DNA of 64,000 bases, from the NCBI GenBank assembly GCA_964247055.1, contig OZ176058.1, positions 3,162,001-3,226,000 on the forward strand, given 5' to 3'. The position numbers and the translations under genes were made by a program. Below the pieces are notes generated by a model. The model was not told the origin of the DNA. It was given only the letters and a program-made list of their open reading frames with translations, and did not search any database. The DNA is from Paragordius varius (Eukaryota; Animalia; Nematomorpha). Below are positions 25,101 through 36,900 of this stretch, piece by piece; the first letter of the stretch is position 1, and every line of letters begins with the position of its first letter.

Positions 25101-26187
25101 AATAATATTGTTTCTTTTGTTTTAGTTAATCCATTAAAAAATGGATTTAGTACAATTTGATGAATTTCGGAAAATTAAAATTATTATTTCTACCTAAATT
25201 TGTTAAAATTTGCCAATATTAAATGAAATTGTATAGTCACCAAAATGTTTATAATGACAAATTAATTTTTTTTAAATTCAATAATATTTTTTGATTGTTT
25301 TAAAATAAACTATGATTTTAATGGGTTATATAAAATATTGAGGATTACAAAATGTGATTTTAAAGAGAGTTTTTTTTTAATTTTTACAAATTTTTTAATA
25401 AAACATTTTACAAGATCTAAGTGAAAAATTGATTTTTTAAACAAATTTTCTAAATATGTTTCGAATTTTGGCGCGAATTAGTGAAAAATGTTAAATGAAC
25501 GGTGGTTTTTGCAGTGTCTTTATGATTATGTTTGAAATTTAATTAAATATATTTATTAATGCCCATTTATTTTTCAAATGCGACTCTCTTCGGAGTGTTT
25601 TTTGTTGCAAAAATAAGGTCGCGAAGCCATTTGTTGTCTGTTCTAGTTTTATGCATGCTAATATTTTAATATTTATTAAGCATTTTTATCATAACTTTAC
25701 AAAATAATTTATTTTATATCAATATTTGTTAATATCTATATATGAATAGATATATATGTATATAATCAATATTTTATTTCAAAATTAACTTTAAATAGAC
25801 ATTTATATGTTTTTTTGTTGAATTTTACCCTTAGAAACCGATATGATATCTGCCGAATATGCAATCGAACAATGGTTAACTAATCAAATTAACTCATCAT
25901 TGGATAATCAAAATACTATGAATTCGAATATCGATAATAACGATACAAATTTCATTGCTAAAAATAATGAAAACCAAAAAATTTGTGAATTTGATTGTCA
26001 ACGTAAAGCTTTACCAATTCTCCAACAATTGGGATTAATTCGCAGCAATCTAAGGACTGAAAATATAAAGATTGAGGATACATTTAATGGTGGTGATGGC
26101 GAAAAATTACAAAATTATCAAATTTGCAATGTTTTGAGTCAGGCTTCATTAATATTAAGTCAAAAGTTAAAGGGATATGTTAGTTAA
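16133..26187 (+). CDS. TMEM143: TMEM143/DUF3754-family membrane protein, about 618 aa; join(16133..16147,16331..16512,16539..16674,16746..16868,18322..19056,22919..23031,24398..24506,24924..25014,25835..26187)
   Basis: Phase-consistent exon chain. Remembered TMEM143 motifs align in order: YIPLSY~FIPFS, QFANYTEISTETL~AQANFSPLSEDTL, KYFQNHFLLA~RYFKRVVLA, two hydrophobic segments, LPYYSK~MLYYRS, MECLLFYNFL~KEALLAHSFL, AIEQWL...FDCQRKALPILQQL~VENWL...FNGTRALAHLQAL. The first mini-exon/start codon and the 26-nt second intron are the weakest parts of the model. Confidence 0.72.
16331..16868 (+). CDS. TMEM143: TMEM143-like exons 2-4 (16331..16512,16539..16674,16746..16868)
   Basis: Open frames KINLSAASLL...LATLK / YPYIPLSYKY...HIIEF / PTKNTFHENM...SHGLK joined by GT-AG introns of 26 and 71 nt. 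Confidence 0.7.
18322..19056 (+). CDS. TMEM143: TMEM143-like large exon with two transmembrane-like segments
   Basis: ORF 18328 (246 aa); ttttacag acceptor, AAA|gtaatt donor. Confidence 0.85.
19172..21702. mobile_element. MITE-A copy interrupted by the foldback element
   Basis: Left half at 19172-19257; central part and right arm at 21513-21702. Confidence 0.8.
19258..21512. mobile_element. Foldback-type non-autonomous DNA transposon, about 950-bp inverted arms, 8-bp TSD
   Basis: Ends ACACAGTGTGCAA...TTGCACACTGTGT; AATATATA at 19250-19257 and 21513-21520; arms about 19258-20215 and 20559-21512 are near-identical reverse complements; no transposase ORF. Confidence 0.9.
22013..22678. mobile_element. 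MITE-B with three tandem left halves (starts 22013, 22194, 22384) and one right arm
   Basis: Repeated CAGTAAAAA(C/T)TGAAATTATACGGACAAA; ends TTTTACTG|TA at 22678. Confidence 0.85.
22919..23031 (+). CDS. TMEM143: TMEM143-like exon (ISKSKNIQTSEE...DYSNF)
   Basis: atttatag acceptor, CA|gtatgt donor; phase 0 in, phase 2 out. Confidence 0.72.
23120..23406. mobile_element. MITE-B full copy
   Basis: TA|CAGTAAAAACTG...ATACTG|TA. Confidence 0.85.
23972..24256. mobile_element. MITE-B full copy
   Basis: TA|CAGTAAAAACTG...TTTTACTG|TA. Confidence 0.85.
24398..24506 (+). CDS. TMEM143: TMEM143-like exon (TVPVLQKLVETGIEQTQMECLLFYNFLMLAKKRNNT)
   Basis: aatttag acceptor; the donor ACA|gtaaaa lies in a MITE TIR. 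Confidence 0.75.
24505..24916. mobile_element. MITE-B copy that makes up almost the whole TMEM143 intron 24507-24923
   Basis: TA 24503-24504, left TIR from 24505, right TIR AATTTCAATTTTTATTT ending 24916, TA 24917-24918. Confidence 0.72.
24924..25014 (+). CDS. TMEM143: TMEM143-like exon (EYEKNEPQISD...VDFN)
   Basis: aaaag acceptor, G|gtaaac donor; needed to restore phase to the last exon. Confidence 0.68.
25835..26187 (+). CDS. TMEM143: TMEM143-like terminal exon (TDMISAEYAIEQWL...KGYVS*)
   Basis: cccttag acceptor; ORF 25843. A possible donor gttagt at 26179 could extend the gene. Confidence 0.8.
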
Positions 26188-28359
26188 AAATGATATATTT
26201 TGAAATATAAAGATGTGCCTCGCAATTACAGTAAAAATTGAAATTATATAATAGCGGCAAAATGTAAAAATTTAAAAACAAATATTATTTAGTTTGAAAA
26301 GACACCCAACTACCTTGATTTTTAAAACTTATCGTTTTGGATTACAAAATAGAAATTATATAGATGTAAATTGGTTATATATGTTCAAATGTATATTACA
26401 ATTGATAATTATAAAGTATGTTTAGGAAAAACCAAAGTTTTTAAATGTATTGTATGTTTGTCTTTTAAAAAATATATGTCTTTATATTTTAACGTTTTTC
26501 CTGTAAAATTTCAATTTTACTGTATGTATGTTGTAATAGAAAGATGTCACCCAATAATTACAGTAAAAATTAAAGAAAATATATTTTTTACACTAAAAAC
26601 ACACAATCATACTTTTTTCTTTAATTTTACCTACACAAACTCTATAAATAATATATTTATTTTTATTATTGGGTATTTTACTAATTTACAACTTTATTTT
26701 ATATCTTACAGCCTAAACCGATAAGTTAAGGTTATATTGTATGGTTATCTTTTTTAAAAAAATGTCTCTTAGCATTTTCATTTGTCCGTGTAATTAAATT
26801 ACTTTAATTAACAAGCGCATTTAATATTTTTTACTGTATAATAGATTTACCTAGAAATTATATAATATTTATGATATATGAAAAATAAATTACGCGTGTT
26901 TTATACAATTTAATTAAAGAAATTTTTATTATACAAAAAGAAGTTAAATTATAAAGACAAAACATTTATAAAACGTAATGAGTTTTCCCATATAAACTAT
27001 TTAATTACTATTTGATTTGAATAAAATATAATTCATAAGGAGAGATTACGTACATTAATAGACATTTTTTCACAATTATAATTATTTTAAACTTATTAAA
27101 AACTGAAATTATACGGACATAACGTAAAAATATAAAGACAAATATTTTTTTCTAAAATACAACCATACTTTTTAAATCTTGATTTCTGAAAATATAACTC
27201 ATTGTTTAAAGTGACAAAATTTTAAACAAAGATAAATATAACTAACACAATAAAAACTATATTTTACAGTTGTAAATAAATAGCTAATATGGGAAAAATT
27301 AAGGATTTAAAAAGTATGGTTGTCTTTTTAATAAAAACATTTGTCTTTATATTTTTACGTTTTATCCGTATAATTTTAATTTTTACTATTTTTCCATATA
27401 TCAATTCAATTAAATTAAACAATATGTAATGGATTGTTACCTTTCATATTTGCAGTATAAAACAATAAGGAGTATTTAAAAAAAGAATTCTTATAAAATT
27501 ATTTGTCTTTATGTTTTATATTTTTTCTGTATAATTTTATCCTTTTTTCTATAAAAAATAAATGTGCCACCCGAATAAAAAATACCCAAAAATATTTTAA
27601 TTTGGAAAATTATATTATATTCCAAATCATAGCAAGATCATTATTACTTTACAATAATATTTTTTATTATATATTATTCAGTATTATGTGTATTTTGTTT
27701 AAAACTTTAATTCGAATTGGGGTATCTGGTAACCCCAAATTATATTTAAATTTATTATTGAAACGAACTTATCCAATTTAAATTTATTCTATCCTAACAA
27801 AAATTAATACTTACAATTCAAATCACCCTAAAAATTAATTTTTTTGGGTTAATATTATAATATGAAATAAACTTTATGGCTTAGTTTATTATTTTTTCCG
27901 TATTATATAAATTTTAAACAAAATTTTATTTTTAAAAAATATAATATAGGTAAATTTTAATTCTAATAAACATATAATTTATTTTACAGCGAATTTGAAT
28001 TGTTCGTTGGTCAATTTGAACTGTAAATTGTATATTAAAAAGCCAAAATATCTAAATATATATAATTTTGAATAAAAAGTTCCATGTCAAAATCCAACGC
28101 CATTTTTATTTACCAAATTTTTAGAAAATATATTTGATTCTAACTTAAAGTTATATTACTAATGTTGATTAAACAAAAATAAACAGTAAAGGTGGTATAT
28201 TCATTATTTCTATATATTGTTAATGCAGAAATGTCATTTTGCTAAATGTATACCTTGAAATTTATTCCAAATAAATTATATCAATGAGAGAAACGCATTA
28301 TTATTTAATTATGAGTAGTAGCAAGTTTTTTCAAATTATCTTTTATAGTGTTCCAATGC

Positions 28360-28760
28360 ATAAGTGCCTATTTTTGCATATTTGTTTTATTTAGAATATG
28401 CGAAAAATATTTAGGGTTTTTAGCCCACTTTAAAAATATGCTTTCTTTAGTATTTTAGGAACATTATACAAAAAATTATTGTAAAATGGAAAATTGTTAA
28501 AAAAACCTCATCTCTTTGCCGCCATTTTGTTTTATAAATTTTTTTCCATGCAGCAGGTAAATTAATGTATATTATGGTTAGAAATGTTAATGATTAACAT
28601 AAGAAGCTTTGAGGCTACGTTTTACCAGCCAAAATTTGATAGCTTTTAAATATCTGCTGTTCGTTTCAATCGTGTTTTGAGGTTGTCCATATTTTTGGCT
28701 TTTGCAAAACTGTAATAAATATAATTTATATCTAATACATAAGAACAATGTTGGATATTA
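28360..28760. repeat. Dispersed repeat family E (copies at about 28360-28760 and 32750-33080, inverted copy at about 38290-38620)
   Basis: Shared AAAACCTCATCTC, TAATGTATATTATGGTTAGAAA, AGGCTAC(G/A)TTTTACCAGC and AAGAACAAT(G/A)TTGGATA. Termini were not defined. Confidence 0.65.
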
Positions 28761-29819
28761 AATTTCAACTGAAATTAAGGAAGTGTCAATTGCATATCGT
28801 ATAGAACACTGGGTTATCTAAATTACATAGTAAGTCTATTCAAAAAGATATGCTTAGTATTATAAAGGTAAACCGTAATGATAGTCAGAATTCAATTATA
28901 TATTGATAATATGTACAGTAAAATAGACAAATATTTTTTTCAGAGACCGCTAAACTTTTTAAAACTTGATTTTTAAATATAAAACTGTTTTAAATTTAAA
29001 GCATACATGTGTTTTGCACCCAAATTTGGGGATAAAATATAATGACCAATATATGTTTTGAACAAAATATATCAGCATTATCTTGGTGCTTTTGATTTTG
29101 GCCCTTATGAATGATAAAATCACCTTGTCGCGGAATATGGCAAAATTTGCCCACTTTGGGTAAAATATTTTGTTGAAAGCTAAATTACCAACAATTATTA
29201 CAAAAATATGATATAAACTACATATAAAAAGCAAAACAATAGTTTTTAAAAAACCAATTTTAGATCTGGGCTCTGAAAATCTCAATTTTTTCGTTCTTTA
29301 AAAATGGAATAGTCCACAAAAAAGCCAAAAAATGATTATAATATGCTAAATAATATATAAATTTAATATAACTTCATCACCTCAGAATTTTAATTAAAAT
29401 AATCGTTCGTTTTCCTATTTATGACAAACATATATTGTGTTTTTTTACAAATATACCCTACGAGAGTAAAAAATTAATTCTCATATAATAGAAGTGCTTT
29501 ACATTATAAAATTATATAAAATGAATTATGATATCTTAAAGCGCTTTAATACTGTTTGCATCATGCCTCAAAGTAGTATCAAATACATTTTAACTTTTGC
29601 TAAAAGTCAAATTTTTGAAAAAAAATGTGCATTTTTTAAAAATATTTTTAGTTGATATAAAAATTTAGATATTAAAAATTATCGCGCAATCTCGGCATCT
29701 GCTAATATGTTTATGATACATTTTAGGGATAATTATTGGAATGAAGCCTGTAGCCGACAATAGAAATTTGATTATACCCACAAATTGTGCCATTTTGTGA
29801 TACAGATCAACTATATTAA

Positions 29820-30957
29820 ACTTCGATCCAAATTGGGGCATCTAAATACTTCAGACTAAATTTAAGTTAGGTTTTTTTAAAAAAACTACTGAAAGAAACG
29901 GTCCCAATTTAAATGCTTTTATCCTAATAAAAATTATATAAATATGCCAAATAATCTAAATAAAATTTTGTTTTGACAAAAGGTTAGATGTCAAACTACT
30001 TCGACGCGTCATTTTTATTTTACAATATTTTTGCAAAATATCGATTTTATTTAATTTTTAGGGTTAAATTAAGCTATTATTATATTTAAATTACATATAA
30101 CATTGATAGAAATGGAAAAAGCGGTTTTATTTCTATTATTTTCTAATTTTACCATGTCAAACATGTCACGTTGACAAAATTTTTGCTTTCGGTTTTAGCT
30201 TAACACTTGGATACAATACACTCATTTTAGTCCTTCGATTCAAATTGGGGTGGCTGGATTCCCCAAGCCTGGCGAAAATCAAATACTCTAAAAAGTTTGA
30301 AAGGAATCGAAACCTTGGCAAAATTTTGCACTTATATAACACTAATAACCCGAAATAAATAAAAAAAATTATTCACAATACTCTATATTTCTTATTTTAA
30401 GCTAAAACCGAAAGGGAAAAATTTTGTCAACGTGACCTGTGTGAAATGGTAAAATTAATAAAATAATACAAAATAAACTGTTTTTCTATTTCTATCAATG
30501 TTAGATATAATTTAAATAAAAAATAAGCTTTAATATCACCCTTATGAATAATACGATATTTTGCAAAAATTTTGTAAAATAAAAATGGTGTCGAAGTAGT
30601 TTGACATGGAACTTTTTTTTCAAAACAAAATTCTATTAAGATATTTTGGCAAATTTTTATTAGGATAGAAGCATAAATTTAACTTGGGACTGTTTCCTTC
30701 AGTATTTTTTTAAAAATATTAATTTAAATTTAGTTTGGGGTATTTAGATATCCCAATTTGAATCGAAAGTGTTAATATAAGTGATATCAAATATTTGTGT
30801 ATAAATTTTCTTATAAATTTCGGTAAAATATTGTTATATAAGTGCAATTTTGCATGGTTTCATTCCATAATTTTCAAAATATTTAATTTTAAACATGTCT
30901 GGGGTATCTAATTACCCAATTTAATTAAAGGACTGAAATGAATGTGTTGTATCCAAG
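29820..30957. mobile_element. piggyBac-like MITE family D: reverse copy (29820-30957) with a forward copy of the same family (30204-30771) inserted at TTAA
   Basis: TTAA at 30200-30203 and 30772-30775 flank CACTTGGATAC...TCGAAAGTG; outer TTAA at 29816-29819 and 30958-30961; further copies at 33507-about 33930 (forward, truncated) and 41001-41490 (reverse). Confidence 0.8.
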
Positions 30958-31039
30958 TTAAAAAAGTAATAATTATCTTATATCAGGCGCAAAAATCAAA
31001 GCACCATGATGAAATCCTAGCCTTTTCTTAGTAATATAA

Positions 31040-31070
<31 letters not shown>

Positions 31071-33945
31071 ATCTGGATATTATTTGTACCTCTCAAATGC
31101 GATGTAAACAAAATAATCTAATATTTGGGACTTTCCCCATTTTTAAAATAAATGATTATGAAAATATGATTTTAATTTTTATATATTTATGATTTGATAG
31201 TATTTAAAAATCACTATTAAATTTCGTTGCAAAATTATGGTGTTCCCAAATTTTGCTATTTTTATATGGAAAACCATTAAGTCCACATATATCAAGAGCA
31301 AAAACGCAACAAGTATATGGTTCATTGAAAATACAAAATATAATATCAAGATTAATTTTAAGCCTACCGATTTCATCGCTTTATAGATCGGAATTTGACA
31401 ATTTTGTTCAGCTATAGTAATTGTAAAGTAAATGTATCACCTTATGCCATATAAAAAAATGTAGACTCCAATGAAAGAGTATCAACTACGACAAATTTTA
31501 ATTTTTTTATGTGTATAATTAAAATTTAAAATATATTTTGTCTTTTTTACATCGTATCATTAAAAAATAACGGTAAATAATAATAAGACAATTAAAATAA
31601 TATTAAAAAAATAAAATATTAAAAAAAATAATATTTTTAAATTATTTTCTAGAATTTTATCCAATCTAACCATGTTTTGTTTTCTCACCATATATAAACA
31701 CATTTTTGCCTAAATTATTAAATTTTTTCTCTATTTTCATAATTTATTATAATATCCACATATTCTTTATATTTCAAAGTAATATTGCTTTTAACCTTTA
31801 TTAAAATGATTAGAAACAGACCTGTCATGAACCAATGATTAACCCAATCTTATGATTTTTGTTTTTCTCAAAATAATATATTAGATTTTTTTGTTTACTC
31901 TAGGTGTTTTATCCCGGAGTCACACAATGTCATAGCACTCATTAAAAGAAAGGTAAATTTTTTTACTTTATGCTTCTGATGAATGGATTTTATGCCTCAT
32001 AACAAGTGCATTAAAATCCATAGTATCCTATTTAACTTGACACGTTTAAATCATAGTGGGCAAGTTTGGTAATCATCAAATAACAATTTTTATATATTCC
32101 ATAATTTTATAAAAAATAAATTTTTATAAAACCAACCATATAATTACATTTTTTAGGTCGATCGTGTGGATGTTTGAGCGATATTATCCAAAGAAGAGAG
32201 ATTAACGAATTTGCGAAACTACGGATGACTCATATTTTAAACTATAACAATAAATATTTATATATTCAATTGGCATAATGATTTGTAATTACATTATTTA
32301 GTATTAAAAAGTGTAGTTGTAATCAGATTGCATTTTAGGATTGTATGTATTGGCAAAAAACTGTTTTGGGTTCCGCTAAGTTTGAGTTAAAGAGTAAAGC
32401 CTCTTGCTTTTTTAGTTTTAAAATATGGATCGATTCAGGCTTAAAATAATTTTTATTCTAATGATAATACCCCAACCATTAATTTATTAATTAATAGAGA
32501 AATTGCGTCATAATTAAAAATAAGATTTTTTAAAAATCGTTTTTCGTTTTTGCAAAAAGAATTTTACGTCACAATATCTTGGTCACCTGGTTTAAACTTT
32601 AATAGTATTTGTTTTTAGAAAAATAAATGTTAATATGTAAAATGAATTTGAATCAGGAACCATTTGTTAAAATAATCGCATTTTTAACACTATTACTTTG
32701 TCGTGTAGTTTTATGTACCAGAGCGATTGAAATCTAAATATCTTAAAAGTATAAGTTATTAAGCCATATTTGAAAATATATGCTAGTTTTTCAGGCTAGT
32801 TATAAAAAATATGTTTAAAAGTGTATATTGTAAAACCTCATCTCGCACTTTTTTGCCGTATTTATTTTTTTATTCACTAAAGCAACAGGCTAATGTATAT
32901 TATGGTTAGAAAATGCAAATTAATGTTTTAATAAGCTTTCAGGCTACATTTTACCAGCAAAAACTTGATATGTTTTTATTTTAATATCAACTCGTTTTAA
33001 TGTTTGGGACCTGTCCCATTTTAGAATCTAGAACTTACAAAACTGTAAAAAAATTTATAAGAACAATATTGGATAATTAGATTAACCCTAAAATAAATTT
33101 CCAAACGTTGTTTATTTACAAAATTGAGTTGTGAGATATAAAATAAAACTTCCCACAATGTAAAGTAGCACAAAAAAGTGAAAAAGTGTTAAATATTTGT
33201 TCATATCTATCGAAGACGCAGTTTTATATTATCCGAGAAACTTGGCCAGTCAGGTTTTTTCCACATACAGTTTTATTGTGAAATAGGGTGCTACTTTATT
33301 AATTAATTATCAGATGGCCAAGTGAAACGTTTTTTGCAATAAGAATGAATCTTATATACTGTATTACCTATCTGGCAACATGTAATAAATTAGACAAGTA
33401 GAGTAATTGACATTATGCAGACAAAACGTAAAATAAATTTTAAAAAAGACAATCATACTTTATACCAGTGGTAGCGAAAAATTTAAAACAAATACAGCAT
33501 ATTTAACACTTGGATACAACACAATGGTTTCAGTCCTTCTATTCAAATTGGGGTAGTTGGATATCCCTTAAAATTAAATTCCTTAAAAAATATGGTTGGA
33601 ATCGAAACCATAACAAAATTTTGCACTTATATAACATTAAGAAACCGAAACATATAAAAAATTATATTAAAAATTCTTGATATTTATTTTAAAACCTAGA
33701 GGTAAAAATTTAATGAAAATGACATGTGTACAATGGTAAAATTGAACAATAATACAAAATAAACCGCTTTTTCGATTTTTATCAATGTTAGATGTAATTT
33801 AATTAAAAAATTAGCTTTAACTTAACCCTTAAAAGTCAATGAAGACGATATTTTGCAAAAATTTTGTAAAATAAAAATGGAAGTAGTTTGACATGGACTT
33901 TTTTTAAAACAAAATTATATTTAGATCTAACTGTTAATTATAATA

Positions 33946-33985
<40 letters not shown>

Positions 33986-36900
33986 ATTTTAAAATATTAT
34001 TTTTCATTGATTATTTTTTGGGATTTTATCTATTTTGTTTGATCGACACCATTAACTGCTCGGTAAAAGGATATTGGTCGTTAAATAATTATGGGTACCA
34101 CATATTACCCTAAAATTGTAATTCATAGCAAATTATCATCATTCAAATCTTAATTGAAGATAACCGTAAATAATTTAAATTTTTTTGGTGACAAACTATA
34201 ACCTTCTCAATTTTTTTTTAAAATGTGGGCGAATCAGATTGTGTCTTTCCAAATTTTGGCACGAGAAACAAAAATTGTAACAATTAGGAGATGTCTTTCA
34301 GTATCATAAAAATAAAAAAATATATTGGCTCCAATTTGTTATGTTTTAATGCCGCCATGGAATTTTTGTGCTAAAAATGCAGCCCGCGAAGCCATTTGTG
34401 CGGAGCCTTACTTTTTTTATTAACTATCCAAAATTATTTATTGAGTGAGTGTTAAGTTAGATCCTACTTTCTCTCTTATTTTTAAAATAATTTTTTATGT
34501 TTTTTGTCTGTTAGTTAACATTGAATTTTTTACTGAACGTTAGAGAATCAGTTTATTGCATTTTTATTTTTGATAAGTTTTCCTCTATTGTGTTCAATCA
34601 TTGGGTCCCAAAAGGGTGGCACATTGGTTTATCGCGGCCCGCGGTTAACATGTGGGCCTAAAAGTGCTCTGAAGTGCTTATTATAATTTGAAATATCTGC
34701 AAATTTGCCAAACACCATCAAAGTATCGGTATTCGATTTTTTTGGCTTAACTACGAGAAACTCGCAAACATTTTTAGGCGTATTTTATGTATTTTAGTTT
34801 ACAAAATTAAATATAAACTTTGCTTTTATACTATCCGAATGTTTGGTGACCCCAATGTATGTAAAAAAGATTATCTAACTATATAATACATATTTACATT
34901 GTTTCAACTTAATATCTTATTTTCATGCATTTTTTCAGATCCTATACCATATTTATCTATATCGTCTTAAAAATAAAATGATTAATAAAAATCAATAATA
35001 TAAATTTTTTCTGTTGGAAACATCGTTAAAATATATATACAGGCGTGGAAAATATAGTCATTGACCAGGAACCCTGGATAGCTATTAAAATTCTTATCTC
35101 GTTTATTGAAAAAATTAACACATTATATAAAGGCAAAAACAGAAAAAATGTATTGATGACAGCAGACTTATTCAATTTTTTTTAAAGGAGATCTATCTAA
35201 AAATGTTTATGGTTTTTTAAAAAAACGACAATTTTTTTCCTTCATCTTTTAATATTCAAGCAAGAGACTGATTTTGATCTCTTAGTCTAGCCTATATAAT
35301 TAACATTGCATTATTATATTATGGAATTTGTACTTTAACTTTTATGAGAATCAATTTATTTTAACTCAATAAGTACAATATGGCATTTATCGTAAGTTTA
35401 TCTAAAAATAGACCATTTTAACTTTTACTTAAGAATATATAAAACTGTTTAAATTTGTAAATTTTAAAATTTTTAAATGCAATATATCTTAATTAAATAT
35501 CCTGGATTCGATTTGATTTTAAAAGCACATTTTTGAGAAATAATCCAAATTTTTGGCTTTCAAAACAAACTTAAAATTGATTTATTAAGTGACTTATACA
35601 TTGACAGAAAAAACCAAATATTTTTTGGATAATTATAAAATATTGAAAAAAAATTAATTTTGATTAAAAAGTGACCTGAGTTAAATACGATAAATTTAAA
35701 AGATTTAACTTATCAACACTACATTACCTTTTCACTTTTTGTCTTTGTTTATCTTTTGGGGTATTACTATACCCAAGAGCGTAATTTCGTATATGAACTA
35801 CAGTTTTAAAAGTCATTTTAGTTATAATTTAATTACCACAATGTTTCATGTATTAGATAAAAAAAAGTTATATTTTTACAGTTTGGTGACTTCTAGAGCC
35901 TAGAATTGGGACAACTCCAAAACTGGATTGATACGAATTGATATTAAGCAACAAATATCAGATATTTGCTAATAAAATTTAATTTAGCTTTTAAAAGTTA
36001 ATTATTATTTTTTTTGCCAGTTGTTTCAGCAATTTAAATCCAAAAAATGACGGCAAAGTTTGAGATAAGAAAATATATTTCTTGATGTTTTTGAATCATA
36101 AAAAGTTTTAGAAAGTATAAAATTTTATTTAAAGAGTTTTGGTAACCAATAAAGGTTATAAAGTGTAATATCGTAATTATAAAGTTAAATAAATAAGTCT
36201 TTTAGTATTTTTAGTTTTGAATCTTTGTCTCTATTTAATTTTTACTGTAAGATTTGATAGTTTTTTTGCCATATCAAACCCTCTGAAAAATTCAAATTTA
36301 TGTTTTAATTAAAATTAACACGTAAACTAAACATAAAACATTAAAAAGACAACTATACTTTTCAAAACATTAATTATAAATATCATCGTTTTTTTCAAAA
36401 TAATAGATAAAATTGTTAAAACATTCATTTCAAACCAGGTTTTATAAAGTATGGCTGTTTCAAAAAGAAATTGTCTGGTGTTTTGTCTGTAAAATAATGT
36501 TTACTGTATAATTAACTACAGTAAAAGTTGAAATTATACGGACAAAACGTATATATAAATACAAATATTATTTTTAAAGGACACCATACTTTTTAAATCC
36601 TTATTTTTTAAAATATAACTGATTATTATTTTAAACTGCGATGTATAAATATAGATAAAAATTGGTAAAATTATGAATTTGCATTTTACAATTCTATTTA
36701 TATATTTCAAAAGGATTAATCGAGGTTGATAAAAAGATATGGTTGTCTTTTGAATAAAATATTTGTCTTTATACCATTTTGTCCTTATGATTTCAATTTT
36801 TCATATAAACTTATGCATAGTGAAATTAAAAATTTTATATTTTTGTAACCGTTTTAAACTGCGTCTCTTATAAAGGGCTTAGGGTTCAGGTATCAAAAAT

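Noticed and set aside
28959-29285. 108-aa hydrophobic - strand ORF
   Set aside because: F/I/L/K-rich as expected from AT-rich repeat DNA; it overlaps repeat remnants and has no splice support.
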